A DNA stretch of 64,000 bases from Rhodothermales bacterium. GTDB taxonomy: Bacteria > Bacteroidota > Rhodothermia > Rhodothermales > BA12. This document shows, piece by piece, positions 1-9,469 of the stretch (positions within the stretch are counted from its first letter, which is position 1; the number at the start of each line of letters is the position of its first letter). A program made the translations under genes and the position numbers. Below the pieces are notes generated by a model. It did not search any database. It was not told the origin of the DNA and saw only the letters and a list, made by a program, of their open reading frames with translations. Location: positions 588,455 through 652,454 of the forward strand of contig CAWJEJ010000004.1 in NCBI GenBank assembly GCA_963841855.1, read 5' to 3'.

Positions 1-163
1 GCAGGTCCCAGAACGGGCGCCCCACCACTTCGTCGAGCGAGAAGCCGGTCAGTTCCTGGCACGCGGCGTTGAAGAACTGCGTCACGCCGTCTCTGTCCAC
101 GACCAGGATGAGCGCCGCCGTTCGGCTCAGGGCAGCTTCGTAGAGGCGTAGGGTTTTCTGCAT
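1..163 (-). CDS. PAS-domain sensor protein, N-terminal fragment (runs off the window)
   Basis: Minus-strand ATG at 163-161 opens MQKTLRLYEAALSRTAALILVVDRDGVTQFFNAACQELTGFSLDEVVGRPFWDL, a typical PAS-fold start. The frame stays open to position 1. It is absent from the ORF track because it is truncated. Confidence 0.6.
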   Translation of the reverse strand, partial: MQKTLRLYEAALSRTAALILVVDRDGVTQFFNAACQELTGFSLDEVVGRPFWDL

Positions 164-451
164 CGTTCGGGGTGGGCGAGGAGACGAGGCAAGGTACTGC
201 GCGCGCCATGTGACGACGCGGCGACGCCCGCCCGCTTGGGGGCGGGCGCATTCTACTTTTCGCAGTTCGCTCCCCACCCATTCAACCGTCTCTCCTGCGA
301 AGGCAGGGATCCACAACGGCCATGAAAGCCAGAACCCGCTTGTGATCTGCCCCTGACCGAGACTCAACATCAGTCGCCAGCGAGAATGCGCCCGCCCTGC
401 CGCCCGCTTGGAGTCGTTCGGCGTTACTTTGCCGCTCCTCCCAACGCGTTC

Positions 452-916
452 ATGCCTTCGATTCTCGTCCTCAACGGCCCCAACCTCAACCTGCTCGGCG
501 CGCGCGAGCCGGACGTGTACGGCCACGCCACGCTGGCCGACATCGAGGCTCGCCTGGACTCCTCGTTTTCGGACGTCGACCTGTCGTTCTTTCAGTCCAA
601 CCACGAAGGCGAACTGGTCGACCGTTTGCAGCAGGCCGCGGCCGATGCCCTGGACGGCGTCGTCTTCAACCCCGGCGCCTACGGCCACACGTCGATCGCG
701 CTGCGCGACGCCATCGCCGGGACAGGACTGCGCGTCGTCGAAGTCCACATCAGCAACGTCCACGCGCGCGAGCCTTTTCGGCATATGCTGATGCTGGCTC
801 CCGTATGCAGCGGCACCATTTCGGGCCTGGGCATCGAAGGGTACGCGCTAGCCGTGCTGGCGCTCGTCGGTCAGATCGCGCGGGCGGGCGAGGCGGCAGC
901 GCAGGCAGAGGGTTAG
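452..916 (+). CDS. aroQ: type II 3-dehydroquinate dehydratase
   Basis: MPSILVLNGPNLNLLGAREPDVYG...HISNVHAREPFRH are hallmark AroQ motifs. The internal ATG at 452 is preferred over the track start at 386, whose N-terminal extension is Arg/Pro-rich junk. Confidence 0.95.
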   Translation: MPSILVLNGPNLNLLGAREPDVYGHATLADIEARLDSSFSDVDLSFFQSNHEGELVDRLQQAAADALDGVVFNPGAYGHTSIALRDAIAGTGLRVVEVHISNVHAREPFRHMLMLAPVCSGTISGLGIEGYALAVLALVGQIARAGEAAAQAEG

Positions 917-919
917 GCG

Positions 920-1426
920 GTGCCGGGATACAAAGGCCATTTGGCAGGCGGTTTTTTCGCCTACGGGATTTTCCTAGCCCTCCTGATCGCCGCGTTCACC
1001 GTCGACGCGGCCTACGCGCAGTTCGGACTGGTCGAACTGGTCGCCTACCCCATCGGCCTGCTGGGCATCTGCCTGATGTTCGCGCTCTGGCCCGACGTGG
1101 ACACTAACTCCAAGGGGCAGGACCTCTTCTACGTCATCTTTTTCGTCGCCGACCTGGTCTTGATAGGCGCGCGGCACTTCGAGGAGGCGGCGTATCTGGG
1201 CCTGTTCGCCATCCTGCCGATTCTGGGTAAACACCGCGGCTGGACGCACACGTGGTGGGCAATGCTGCTCGTGCCGCTGCCGCTGCTCGCGCTGCCCTAC
1301 TTTCTGGTCCCCGCGCGCCCGCTGGCCGGACTGCCGTTCTACGGAGCCGCCGTCGCCGGGTACGCCTCTCACCTGCTGCTCGACGGTTACCGCCTGCGCC
1401 CCAAGCGCCGCAAGGCTCGCCGCTAA
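920..1426 (+). CDS. membrane-bound metal-dependent hydrolase, YdjM/DUF457-like
   Basis: GTG start 4 nt after the aroQ stop. Multi-TM protein with KGHLAGG, WPDVD, HRGWTHTWW and SHLLLDG motifs typical of the family. Confidence 0.6.
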   Translation: MPGYKGHLAGGFFAYGIFLALLIAAFTVDAAYAQFGLVELVAYPIGLLGICLMFALWPDVDTNSKGQDLFYVIFFVADLVLIGARHFEEAAYLGLFAILPILGKHRGWTHTWWAMLLVPLPLLALPYFLVPARPLAGLPFYGAAVAGYASHLLLDGYRLRPKRRKARR

Positions 1427-1439
1427 CTCTTCGCTCTGA

Positions 1440-3035
1440 ATGGGCTTTGCCTCCCGCCTGAAAAAACTCGCGTCCGAGACGGCCATCTACGGTCTCTCGT
1501 CGATCGTCGGGCGGATGGTCAACTTCCTGCTCGTGCCGTTCTACACGAACGTGTTCGACCCGGACCGCTACGGCGTCGTGATCGCCATTTTTACGGCGTT
1601 CGTGTTCTTCAACATCGCGTACACGTACGGCATGGAGTCGGCGTACTTGAAGTACGCGTCGGGGTCAAAGGGCAGGCCGCAAGCCGGGAATGCGTTTTCG
1701 TCGGCGATGCTGGCGCTGCTGGCGTCGTCGGCCGTGCTCTCGTCGCTGTTCCTGCTGCTGCCCGAGCAGATCGGCTACGTGATCGGGATGCATAGCGAGT
1801 ACGAGTTGCTCTACTACGCGGCGGGAATTCTTGCGCTCGACGCGCTGACGGTCGTGCCGTTCGCCGAGCTCAGGCTGGCCAACCGCCCGTGGGTGTTCGC
1901 CGCCATCAAGATGACGAACATCGGCGTCAACGTGGGTCTGAACGTGTGGCTGATCAAGGGATTGGGCTGGGGCATCGAGGCCATCTTCGTCGCCAACATA
2001 GCCGCGTCGGGCGTGGCGCTGCTGCTGCTGCTGCCGGTCATCTGGACGCGCTGGGCGTCGCCGTCCAAAGCGATCATGCGCAAGATGCTGATCTTCGGCC
2101 TGCCGTTCGTACCGGGCGGGCTGGGCTACGCTCTGGCCGACCGCCTGAACATCTTTTTCCTCGCTAACCTGGACGAGTCGACCGTCCGCAGGCTCTACGG
2201 CGACCAACTCGACGCCGAGGCGCTTATCGCCAAGGGGCAACAGGCGGCGGCGCTGGCGACTGAGCAGGGCAAGACCGCAGCCGAAATCGCCGAGGCTGCG
2301 ACGGGCGTCTGGGGCGACTACGTCGTCGGCATCTTTGGGACGGGTTGGAAGCTGGGCATCTTCTTGGTGCTCGTCGTGCAGATGTTTCGCTTCGCGTGGC
2401 AGCCGTTCTTTCTACAGCACGCCGAAGACCCCGACGCTAAGCCCCTCTTCGCGCGCATCTTCACCCTTCTCACGGCGGGACTGGTGCTGTCCGTCCTCGC
2501 GATCTCATTCCTGGCCGACGACCTGGTGCGCATCCCGATTCCGGGCGGCGATGGCGAGCGGTTCTTGATCGGACGGTCGTACTGGTTCAGCATCACCATC
2601 GTGCCGCTCGCTCTGGTCGCCTACTTTTTCCAGGGCTGGTACTACCTGTTCTCGGCGGGCCTCTACCTGACCGAGAAGACCAAATACCTCGTCCACGCGA
2701 CGTTCGCCGGAAGCGCCGCCTCGGTCGTGCTCAACCTGCTCTTGACGCCCCAACTCGGCATGGTCGGCGCAGCCTGGGCGACGACCGGAGCCTACGCCGT
2801 GATGGCAGGCGTGCTCTACTTCATCACCCAACGCTTCTACCCGATGACCTACGACTGGAAGCGCGTCTGGACCGTCTGCGCGCTGGGCCTGGGCCTGTTC
2901 GCGCTCTGGGCGTTCGTGCCCGTCCTCAACGCGTGGTACATCGAGATCGGGCTGGTGCTGCTCTTCGGCGCCGCCCTCGTGCCCATCGGCATCATCCCTC
3001 CGCGCCTGATCAAGCGGCTGTTGAAGCGGGCGTAG
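1440..3035 (+). CDS. oligosaccharide flippase / polysaccharide biosynthesis protein (MOP superfamily)
   Basis: 531 aa polytopic membrane protein. N-terminus LKKLASETAIYGLSSIVGRMVNFLLVPFYTNVF is typical of Wzx-like flippases. Confidence 0.8.
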   Translation: MGFASRLKKLASETAIYGLSSIVGRMVNFLLVPFYTNVFDPDRYGVVIAIFTAFVFFNIAYTYGMESAYLKYASGSKGRPQAGNAFSSAMLALLASSAVLSSLFLLLPEQIGYVIGMHSEYELLYYAAGILALDALTVVPFAELRLANRPWVFAAIKMTNIGVNVGLNVWLIKGLGWGIEAIFVANIAASGVALLLLLPVIWTRWASPSKAIMRKMLIFGLPFVPGGLGYALADRLNIFFLANLDESTVRRLYGDQLDAEALIAKGQQAAALATEQGKTAAEIAEAATGVWGDYVVGIFGTGWKLGIFLVLVVQMFRFAWQPFFLQHAEDPDAKPLFARIFTLLTAGLVLSVLAISFLADDLVRIPIPGGDGERFLIGRSYWFSITIVPLALVAYFFQGWYYLFSAGLYLTEKTKYLVHATFAGSAASVVLNLLLTPQLGMVGAAWATTGAYAVMAGVLYFITQRFYPMTYDWKRVWTVCALGLGLFALWAFVPVLNAWYIEIGLVLLFGAALVPIGIIPPRLIKRLLKRA

Positions 3036-3077
3036 CCGACCTGCGTATCTTGCCCAAACAGCATCCAGCCGGTATCT

Positions 3078-3503
3078 ATGGGACGCATCGTAGGCAACGT
3101 CGACACGCCCGCCAAGCGCCGCAACGCGCACCTGCGCTCGTGCGCCGAAGTCGTCCGCCTGCTCGCCCAGCGCGCCGAGATGGGATCCGAAGAGCGCGAC
3201 ATGGCGGCGTTTCTCGTCTTCAGCTTGAGAGGCATCTGGACGACGATCGACGAGAGCGCCCAGGTCTGGGACGAGCGCGACTATTGGAAAAAGTCCGAAG
3301 CGCTCCGCCACAAATGGCGCTGGACCCGGACGCAAGCCGACACCATCGAGCAGATCCTCCGCGCCGACACGCTCAGCGCCCTGCCCGTCCCCCTGATCGA
3401 ACTCGTCGGCCATCTGGGCGACGTGACCGTGACCCAAATCACGCGCGACTCGGACTGGTGGGTCGGCGCCTACCGCGCGCTGATGAAGCAGCAGGCGGCG
3501 TGA
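3078..3503 (+). CDS. hypothetical protein
   Basis: 141 aa ORF with balanced, non-shadow composition (WDERDYWKKSEALRHKWRW). No family recognised. Confidence 0.5.
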   Translation: MGRIVGNVDTPAKRRNAHLRSCAEVVRLLAQRAEMGSEERDMAAFLVFSLRGIWTTIDESAQVWDERDYWKKSEALRHKWRWTRTQADTIEQILRADTLSALPVPLIELVGHLGDVTVTQITRDSDWWVGAYRALMKQQAA

Positions 3504-3537
3504 AGTGAGCGTGCTTGGCGTCCTGAAACGAGCGGGT

Positions 3538-4317
3538 TTACTCGCTGCTGAACCCGATGCCGAAGCCGAAGCCGCTGAACGTGCCTTCGAAGTCGCCGGT
3601 CGGGTCGGTGCGGTGGTCGTAGAAGTAGCGCGCGACGAGGGCAGGGCGCAGCCAGCCTGCGATGGCTTTCTCTCCGCTGAGGCGCAGCGACAGGTCGCTC
3701 ATGATTTTGAGCGAGGTGGCATCGAAATTTTCTCCATCGAACGTGCGCGCCTGGGTGACGGTCGTGAGGATGCCAAGGCGCAGCGCAGGAATTTCCAGAG
3801 CGTGGGCGGCCTGTATGCCCATGTCGATGCCGCCCACCGGAGAACCCTGCTGCTCGCTGTTCGCCCCGGCCCCGCTGATGAGCCCACCGATGCCGATGGC
3901 ACCAAGGACAGGGAGCCCCACCATCAGCCCGCCCTCGGCACGAGGTAGGATTGCACCGTCCAAGTAAAGCCATCCCTTACCGTTTTCGCGGCCGTTGAGA
4001 AACTCGGTTCCCGTATCGCAGTCGACTATCGCACACCACGCCTGTTGCAGCGTGCCCGTCACATCGATGCGGACGTACTGGTAGATTTGGTCACCTCCGA
4101 CACCCATCACATAGCCGCCGAGCGTATACGGCGCGTTCGTTCCGCTGCTCGTAATGGCCTGACCGGGAGTGGTGTAGGTAACGTCGTGCGAGATGAACTC
4201 GAACGGAAGGCCAACGAGGACGAGCGACTGGGGAGCACGCGGCATGAACCCGCCGCTCTGGGCGGACGCGACGGCGGGAAGGAGGACGAACAGAATCGAG
4301 GCGAGGAGAGCGCGCAT
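3538..4317 (-). CDS. secreted / outer-membrane hypothetical protein
   Basis: Signal peptide MRALLASILFVLLPAVASAQ followed by Gly-rich beta-type sequence. Lies 27 nt downstream of the giant T9SS protein gene on the same strand. Confidence 0.6.
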   Translation of the reverse strand: MRALLASILFVLLPAVASAQSGGFMPRAPQSLVLVGLPFEFISHDVTYTTPGQAITSSGTNAPYTLGGYVMGVGGDQIYQYVRIDVTGTLQQAWCAIVDCDTGTEFLNGRENGKGWLYLDGAILPRAEGGLMVGLPVLGAIGIGGLISGAGANSEQQGSPVGGIDMGIQAAHALEIPALRLGILTTVTQARTFDGENFDATSLKIMSDLSLRLSGEKAIAGWLRPALVARYFYDHRTDPTGDFEGTFSGFGFGIGFSSE

Positions 4318-4343
4318 GTGCTGGAGAGGTGAGGATGAGAGAT

Positions 4344-7300
4344 TCAGCGGCCCAGCACGACGACGGTCTTGGCGACGCGCGATCCGTCGTGTTCGAGCAC
4401 GAGCAGGTACGTTCCCGCTGCCAGCGACCCGGCGTCAAGGCTCGCGTGCTGCGGTCCGGCGGCCAGCGTCCGGTCCGCGAGCAGGGCGACGCGGCGGCCC
4501 ATCAGGTCGTAGAGCGTCAGGCGTGCGTGTCCGGCCGTCGGCAGGGCGAAGGGGACAGACGAGACTCCAGTCGCCGGGTGCGGCCACGTACCGCCGAGCG
4601 TCAGGGCGAGAGTCGACACGTCGGCTTCAGTGGACGTGGCGACGGTCGACAGGTCGAGGCGGGCCAGTCCATAGGTGAAGCCTTCCTGCTGGAACGTGGA
4701 CGAATAGAGTTCTACCTGTCCGTCGGCGTCGAGGTCGGTGGCAAACGCGAGGTCGGCGTTGAGGAAGCGCGTCTGAGCGCCCAGTCCGCCGGTCCCGCCA
4801 CGGAAGATCATCAGGTCGGTGCCGCCGGTGTTGGAATCGCGAATCGTGCCGGCGAGATCGAGGACGCCGTCGCCGTTGAGGTCGACCAACTGCAGGCCGC
4901 GCAGGTCGGACGAGACGACGGTCTGCCGCTCGGGTGCGCCGAACGATCCGGCTCCGAGCGATCCCGCCGTCGACGTGTTGCGCAGCACGACCAGTTCCTG
5001 CTGGGTGAAGTCGTCGCTCGTGTATGCGCCCTTGCCGACCAGGTCGGCCTTGCCGTCGCCGTCCACGTCGCCCACGGCATCGAGAAAGAGCGAGCCGGTG
5101 AACTGGACGCTGTCGACGGCGAACGACGACGCGGACAGATCGGACGCTCCGGCGTTGCGCATTGTGACGACCAGCGGGCCAGCGGAGTTGAAGCGCGAGT
5201 AAGCCAAGTCGACTTTACCATCGCCGTCGAAATCGGCGTCCCACAACGCGACGTCGCTCTGGCTGAACAGGCGGCTGTTGTAGGGCCACGACGCCCGTTT
5301 GCCGAAGCGCAGCGCGCCCGGTCCGCTCAGGTTTTCCATCGCGACGATCTCGCCCTTGCGCAGGACGACGATCAACTCGTCGCGCCCGTCGCCGTTGAGG
5401 TCGACGGCGTTCATGCCTGCCGGTGCGGATTCGAACTCCAACTGGACGCCCGGCGCGAACGCGAGCGTGTCGCCGCTGCTGCGGTTGAGCGAGATGGTGA
5501 TCAGGCCCGACTCGTCGCGGCGGAACAGCGCAATGGCGATGTCTAAGCGTCCGTCGCCGTCGAAGTCGTGGCGCATCGTCGACTGGAGGAAGTCGCTCTG
5601 GTAGTTTGCCGCCACGTAGCCTTGCGCCGTCGCCGGTTGGCCCCAGCCGTTTCCGTTCGCAAGCGCCGGGAAGACGAGCACGTTGGTGATCTGGTCGAGC
5701 CGCATCAGGTCGACTTTGCCGTCGCCGTTCATGTCGGCCACGTCCCAGCGATTGTTGCGATTGGTGTTGCGCGTCGAGAAGAGCGTGTCGCGCCCGGTGA
5801 TGCCGTCGGGGTTGAACGGATACGTCTGCGTCCGGCTGACGCGCACGAGCGGGCCGTCCGCTGCACTCCCGCCACTCGCCACGCGCACGCGCCCGGCGAT
5901 GACCCCGCGCGGCACGCGGACGGTGAGTTGCGTCGCGGACTGCGCGGTTATTTCGCCCTCGACTAATCCGACGAACGCTTTGGCATCAGCCGCGAAGCCC
6001 GTTCCATCGACCGTAATCGACTCCCCGGCGACGACCGAACTCGGCGACACCGCAGAGATGGTCACGCCAGCGTCAGCCGCTCCGGTGGAGAACGGAACGC
6101 CCGATGACCACGGACCGGCCATCAGCCCCGCCGTCGCTCGGACGCGGGCGAACAGCGACGCGCCAGCAGGCAATCGCCGCAGCGTCAGGCTGCCGTCCCC
6201 TGTCCCGCCGACGCGCACGATGCTGGTCGAATCGAACGCCGCCGACGTGTTGACTTCGATGTGGTAGCGGAACGCCTCGGCGACGTTGGTCCACGAGAAG
6301 GTGGCGGACGCGCCGGTCACCGCAGCGGTCAGCGCGGGAGCGGTCAGAGTCGGCGTGCCCGCGATCCAGTCGACCGTTGCGGCCTCACCTTCCTGTCCCC
6401 GGTTATTGATCGCGCGGACCGACAGATGCACGCGGTTGTTGGGGCGCGTCTGGACGGGCGGAACGACGAAACTGGTATCGGACGTGACGTAGCGGGCGGC
6501 GTAATCGGCGGCGAAGCTGTTCCGCGTCTCGACGGTGACCGAGTAACGCTGAGCGGATCGGACGCTCGTCCACAGCGCAGCGATGGGACCGCTGCGCGTT
6601 GGGCTGCCTGCCGTAGGCGTGAGGATCGTCGGCTTGGGCAGATTGGCGTCGTCGAACGTGGCGAAGCGCACGAACGAGGCGCGCGCTCCTTCGCGTCCGC
6701 CCTGCGTCGAGAACATGCGCAGCTGGTAGGTCGTCGCTCCGGTGATGAGCGGCGAGGTGAGAACAGTACTGGTCACGCTGCCGCCGCGGACCGTGTCGGA
6801 GAGAATCGGGAAGAAGTCGAACACGCCGACGCTGTTCGGAACGGGGATTCCGCGCTCGAGCAGGAGCGTGTAGCCGTCGGCTCCGGCTACGGCGTTCCAC
6901 TCGACGCGGATGCCCGGGTCGAACGCGATGCCCGTTTGCCCTTGGGTCGGCGAGGTGATCGTCGGCGCGGCGATGTTGGGCGGCTCGGGCTGGGTCGTAA
7001 TCGCGATGCCCGGCGTCTCGGCCCCGGCGATCACGCCCACGCGCGCCCGGACACTCCACGTGTAGGTGCGGCTGCCTTGCAGGTTGGTGACCTTGAACGT
7101 GTCTGCGAGCGAAAAGCGCTGCGTGAAACTCTGGGGCGACGAGGCAATCGTCACGTCGTAGCCCGTCGCCCCGGCGACTGGCGTCCAAGAGAAGCGAACA
7201 CCTCGGTACGGAACGTCGGTGCCCGCCATCGGGCGGATCTGCGTCGGCGCGGCCGGCGGAGTGACGGGACTGAGCCCGCCCAACGCCAAGTCCGACGTGT

Positions 7301-8609
7301 TGAACGGCACGATGACGCCCTGCGGATAGCCCGGCGGCAGTGCGAGGAACGACTGCGATCCGTTGCGCGGCGAATCCACAAACGCAACCGCCCGAGCACC
7401 GCGCGCATCGCCTGCCCGCAGCAGCGGGTTGCCGACCGAAGCGGGCGTCGAAACCGTCAGGGTGCCGTCCGTCGACGCGTACTTGCGGACACCGACCGAG
7501 AACGTGTAGACACTTCCGGCGTCGGCCGAAAGGGCGAGGGTGTTGAAGCCATTTTCTTCGCCCGTGTTGCTCGCCCAGCGAAAAGCGCCTTGGGCCGAGA
7601 TCGATCCGAGGAATGCTTTGCTGCTATTGGTGCGACGCAGCGTGACTTCCGTCGGTTTGGATGGATCGAGCGCAACGCCCCAGAAGTCGTTGGACGAGGT
7701 CAAGCCGCCGCCCAGATATACGTCCCCGGCGGCATCGACCGTCATCGCATCCGGCGTGTCGCCGCCGACGGTCGGAGCGAAGCGCCACGTTTCGCTACCA
7801 TTCGAGGCATCGTGCCGGGCCAGCGTGTAGCCCCTGCGCCCCGTAATGTCGAGCGCGCTGAGCACGTAGATGCTGCCGCCTCCGGCCGCTAGCTGCGTGG
7901 CCCGAACCGCAGGCACGACGTATTCGACCGATCCGTCGGCGATACTCAGCGCCACGAGAGACGGCTGGTTGACCGCGACGCTGTCCGCCGTCAGGTCGAC
8001 GTCCTGCGCGCCCAGAATAGAGAGGTAGAGTCGCTGTCCATCCGAGGCGAACGGTTGCCCGATGACGAGCAGTTGCGAGTCGCTGGTGAGCGCCTGCTGA
8101 CCACCCCACTCGAGCGCGCCCGTCGCCCCGTCGAAGCGCGCCGTGAAGCCCGCCGCTCCCGCATTCGGCCCTGCCAAGCCGCGCCCGACCATCAGCGTCG
8201 CCGCCGACGGGTCGAGGTCCATCGTAGCGCCGGTCGAGAGTAACCCCTGAATCGCCACGTCGCCGTCCGGCAGGACTGCGATCAGCGTTTTGGGCGCGCC
8301 GGACTCGGCTCCGACGAAACTGAGCGCCACAAACTTGTGCGCCCACGTCAGCGCGCCCGACGCGTCGTAGCGCGCCACGAACGTCGCTCCGTTGGGCGAA
8401 GTCGTTTTGAGCGCTGCCAGCGCCGCCGTAGCGCTGAGCGCGAGCGAGTCGTCGAATACGCCAGTGACGTAGAAGCTGCCGTCGGCGGCGAGCCGGATGT
8501 CGGTAATCTCGACGCCTCCCCCCTCAAGTGCAGCGACGGGGACGGGGTATTGGGCGTAGGCAGGCGTGGCGAGAATGAGCAGGCCGAAGAGGACGGAGAG
8601 GCGGCGCAT
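4344..8609 (-). CDS. giant secreted FG-GAP/VCBS-repeat, FN3-like and IPT-domain protein with T9SS C-terminal sorting domain
   Basis: 1421 aa uninterrupted ORF with signal peptide MRRLSVLFGLLILATPAYAQ. Repeated DxNGDGxxDL / DFDGDGxxD motifs (FG-GAP/VCBS) and an IPT-like segment ISAVSPSSVVAGESITVDGTGF. C-terminus LTLYDLMGRRVALLADRTLAAGPQHASLDAGSLAAGTYLLVLEHDG is typical of the T9SS type-A CTD. Confidence 0.85.
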   Translation of the reverse strand: MRRLSVLFGLLILATPAYAQYPVPVAALEGGGVEITDIRLAADGSFYVTGVFDDSLALSATAALAALKTTSPNGATFVARYDASGALTWAHKFVALSFVGAESGAPKTLIAVLPDGDVAIQGLLSTGATMDLDPSAATLMVGRGLAGPNAGAAGFTARFDGATGALEWGGQQALTSDSQLLVIGQPFASDGQRLYLSILGAQDVDLTADSVAVNQPSLVALSIADGSVEYVVPAVRATQLAAGGGSIYVLSALDITGRRGYTLARHDASNGSETWRFAPTVGGDTPDAMTVDAAGDVYLGGGLTSSNDFWGVALDPSKPTEVTLRRTNSSKAFLGSISAQGAFRWASNTGEENGFNTLALSADAGSVYTFSVGVRKYASTDGTLTVSTPASVGNPLLRAGDARGARAVAFVDSPRNGSQSFLALPPGYPQGVIVPFNTSDLALGGLSPVTPPAAPTQIRPMAGTDVPYRGVRFSWTPVAGATGYDVTIASSPQSFTQRFSLADTFKVTNLQGSRTYTWSVRARVGVIAGAETPGIAITTQPEPPNIAAPTITSPTQGQTGIAFDPGIRVEWNAVAGADGYTLLLERGIPVPNSVGVFDFFPILSDTVRGGSVTSTVLTSPLITGATTYQLRMFSTQGGREGARASFVRFATFDDANLPKPTILTPTAGSPTRSGPIAALWTSVRSAQRYSVTVETRNSFAADYAARYVTSDTSFVVPPVQTRPNNRVHLSVRAINNRGQEGEAATVDWIAGTPTLTAPALTAAVTGASATFSWTNVAEAFRYHIEVNTSAAFDSTSIVRVGGTGDGSLTLRRLPAGASLFARVRATAGLMAGPWSSGVPFSTGAADAGVTISAVSPSSVVAGESITVDGTGFAADAKAFVGLVEGEITAQSATQLTVRVPRGVIAGRVRVASGGSAADGPLVRVSRTQTYPFNPDGITGRDTLFSTRNTNRNNRWDVADMNGDGKVDLMRLDQITNVLVFPALANGNGWGQPATAQGYVAANYQSDFLQSTMRHDFDGDGRLDIAIALFRRDESGLITISLNRSSGDTLAFAPGVQLEFESAPAGMNAVDLNGDGRDELIVVLRKGEIVAMENLSGPGALRFGKRASWPYNSRLFSQSDVALWDADFDGDGKVDLAYSRFNSAGPLVVTMRNAGASDLSASSFAVDSVQFTGSLFLDAVGDVDGDGKADLVGKGAYTSDDFTQQELVVLRNTSTAGSLGAGSFGAPERQTVVSSDLRGLQLVDLNGDGVLDLAGTIRDSNTGGTDLMIFRGGTGGLGAQTRFLNADLAFATDLDADGQVELYSSTFQQEGFTYGLARLDLSTVATSTEADVSTLALTLGGTWPHPATGVSSVPFALPTAGHARLTLYDLMGRRVALLADRTLAAGPQHASLDAGSLAAGTYLLVLEHDGSRVAKTVVVLGR

Positions 8610-8730
8610 GGGCGTGGCGGAAAGATTCGCCTGTACGCTACCTCAGCGCCTGCCTGCCGCGCGTCCCCGGATTCGGGTATTTGCGGCGCTTCGATCTCTT
8701 GCGCTATCCGATGCCCTGGCGTTTGCCTCC

Positions 8731-8778
8731 GTCGCGATGATCGCGACGCTACTCGTGGGATGTATCGCGACGCTACTC
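8731..8778. promoter_or_regulatory. cluster of three ATCGCGAC half-sites (one palindrome plus a 15-bp direct repeat), candidate regulator binding site
   Basis: GTCGCGAT-G-ATCGCGAC palindrome at 8731-8747. ATCGCGACGCTACTC occurs twice (8740-8754 and 8764-8778, 24-nt period). Located about 120-170 nt upstream of the 4344..8609 gene start. Confidence 0.35.
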
Positions 8779-8794
8779 CGTTCGGTCGGGCTTT

Positions 8795-9166
8795 TTATCC
8801 ATCCGTTCGAAACGTGACTTCGGCCCTATCGGTCGTGCCGCCGACGGGCGGGTTGGGCTTGCGAACCGTCACTTCGGCCCAGAGCGCGTCGGGATAGAGT
8901 TCGTGCGCGCCGGTCGCGATCAGGTAGGCGAGGCGTTCGATCAGGTAGAAGCGGTTCTCCATTACCGTGCGCTTGGCCAAGGCGTACAGCTTTTCGTAGT
9001 CGACGGTTCGGCTCAGGTCGTCGTTCCGCGCGGCTTCGGCAAACCGGCTGGAGGGCAGACCGACGGCCACGTCGACCTCGAAGCGGCCACCGATGGCGTG
9101 TTCTTCCTTCATGACGCCGTGGTGGGCGTAGAAGGCGGCGTTGACCAGGCGAACGGTAGCGGGCAT
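8795..9166 (-). CDS. folB: dihydroneopterin aldolase
   Basis: MPATVRLVNAAFYAHHGVMKEEHAIGGRFEVDVAV...DYEKLY...LIERLAYLIA matches the FolB pattern. ATG at 9166 is preferred; alternative ATGs at 9187 and 9268 add an Arg-rich extension. Confidence 0.85.
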   Translation of the reverse strand: MPATVRLVNAAFYAHHGVMKEEHAIGGRFEVDVAVGLPSSRFAEAARNDDLSRTVDYEKLYALAKRTVMENRFYLIERLAYLIATGAHELYPDALWAEVTVRKPNPPVGGTTDRAEVTFRTDG

Positions 9167-9469
9167 GACGAGTGGGGTTGGGTCCATGGAGGCGCTGCGC
9201 CTCTGGGGCGCCGAACGCTCGCGGCCGGTGCGGCGTGCGTAGGTAAGCAGCTTGAAAAGTAGCGCCAAGGCTGGGCAGAACGGGCGTCACGCCTGAGTGC
9301 TCGTCGGATCGGGCGGGCGAGCCGCGAAGCGAGCGGAGTGCGGTGCGAGCCGGTCGGCAACGGCAAGATAATTGGATCCCAGTCCGTGCGTGGCAATCGC
9401 ATTTTCACAGCGTAGAGCGGTTCGTTCCGTTATCTACGACTCTGCCTTCCGACCCGCCACAGTTCCACC

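Noticed and set aside
225-248. Terminator-like hairpin CGCCCGCCC-GCTTGG-GGGCGGGCG followed by a T-containing stretch in the PAS-aroQ divergent intergenic region
   Set aside because: No upstream plus-strand gene exists for it to terminate. It could be a leader structure or chance GC-rich self-complementarity, and the evidence is insufficient for a call.
386-451. N-terminal extensions of track ORFs (aroQ from 386, ispH from 24499, gpmI to 50890, add to 59496, the kinase from 54666, 54920..55393, 44616..46397 and others)
   Set aside because: In each case the family-typical N-terminus begins at an internal ATG or GTG, and the extension is Arg/Pro/Ser-rich or overlaps the neighbouring gene.
6261-7892. 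543-aa plus-strand ORF, with similar ones at 4329..5546 and 5683..6267, antisense to the giant T9SS protein gene
   Set aside because: Arg/Gly/Ala/Asp-dominated composition typical of shadow frames in GC-rich DNA. They are fully nested in a much longer ORF with recognisable domains on the opposite strand.
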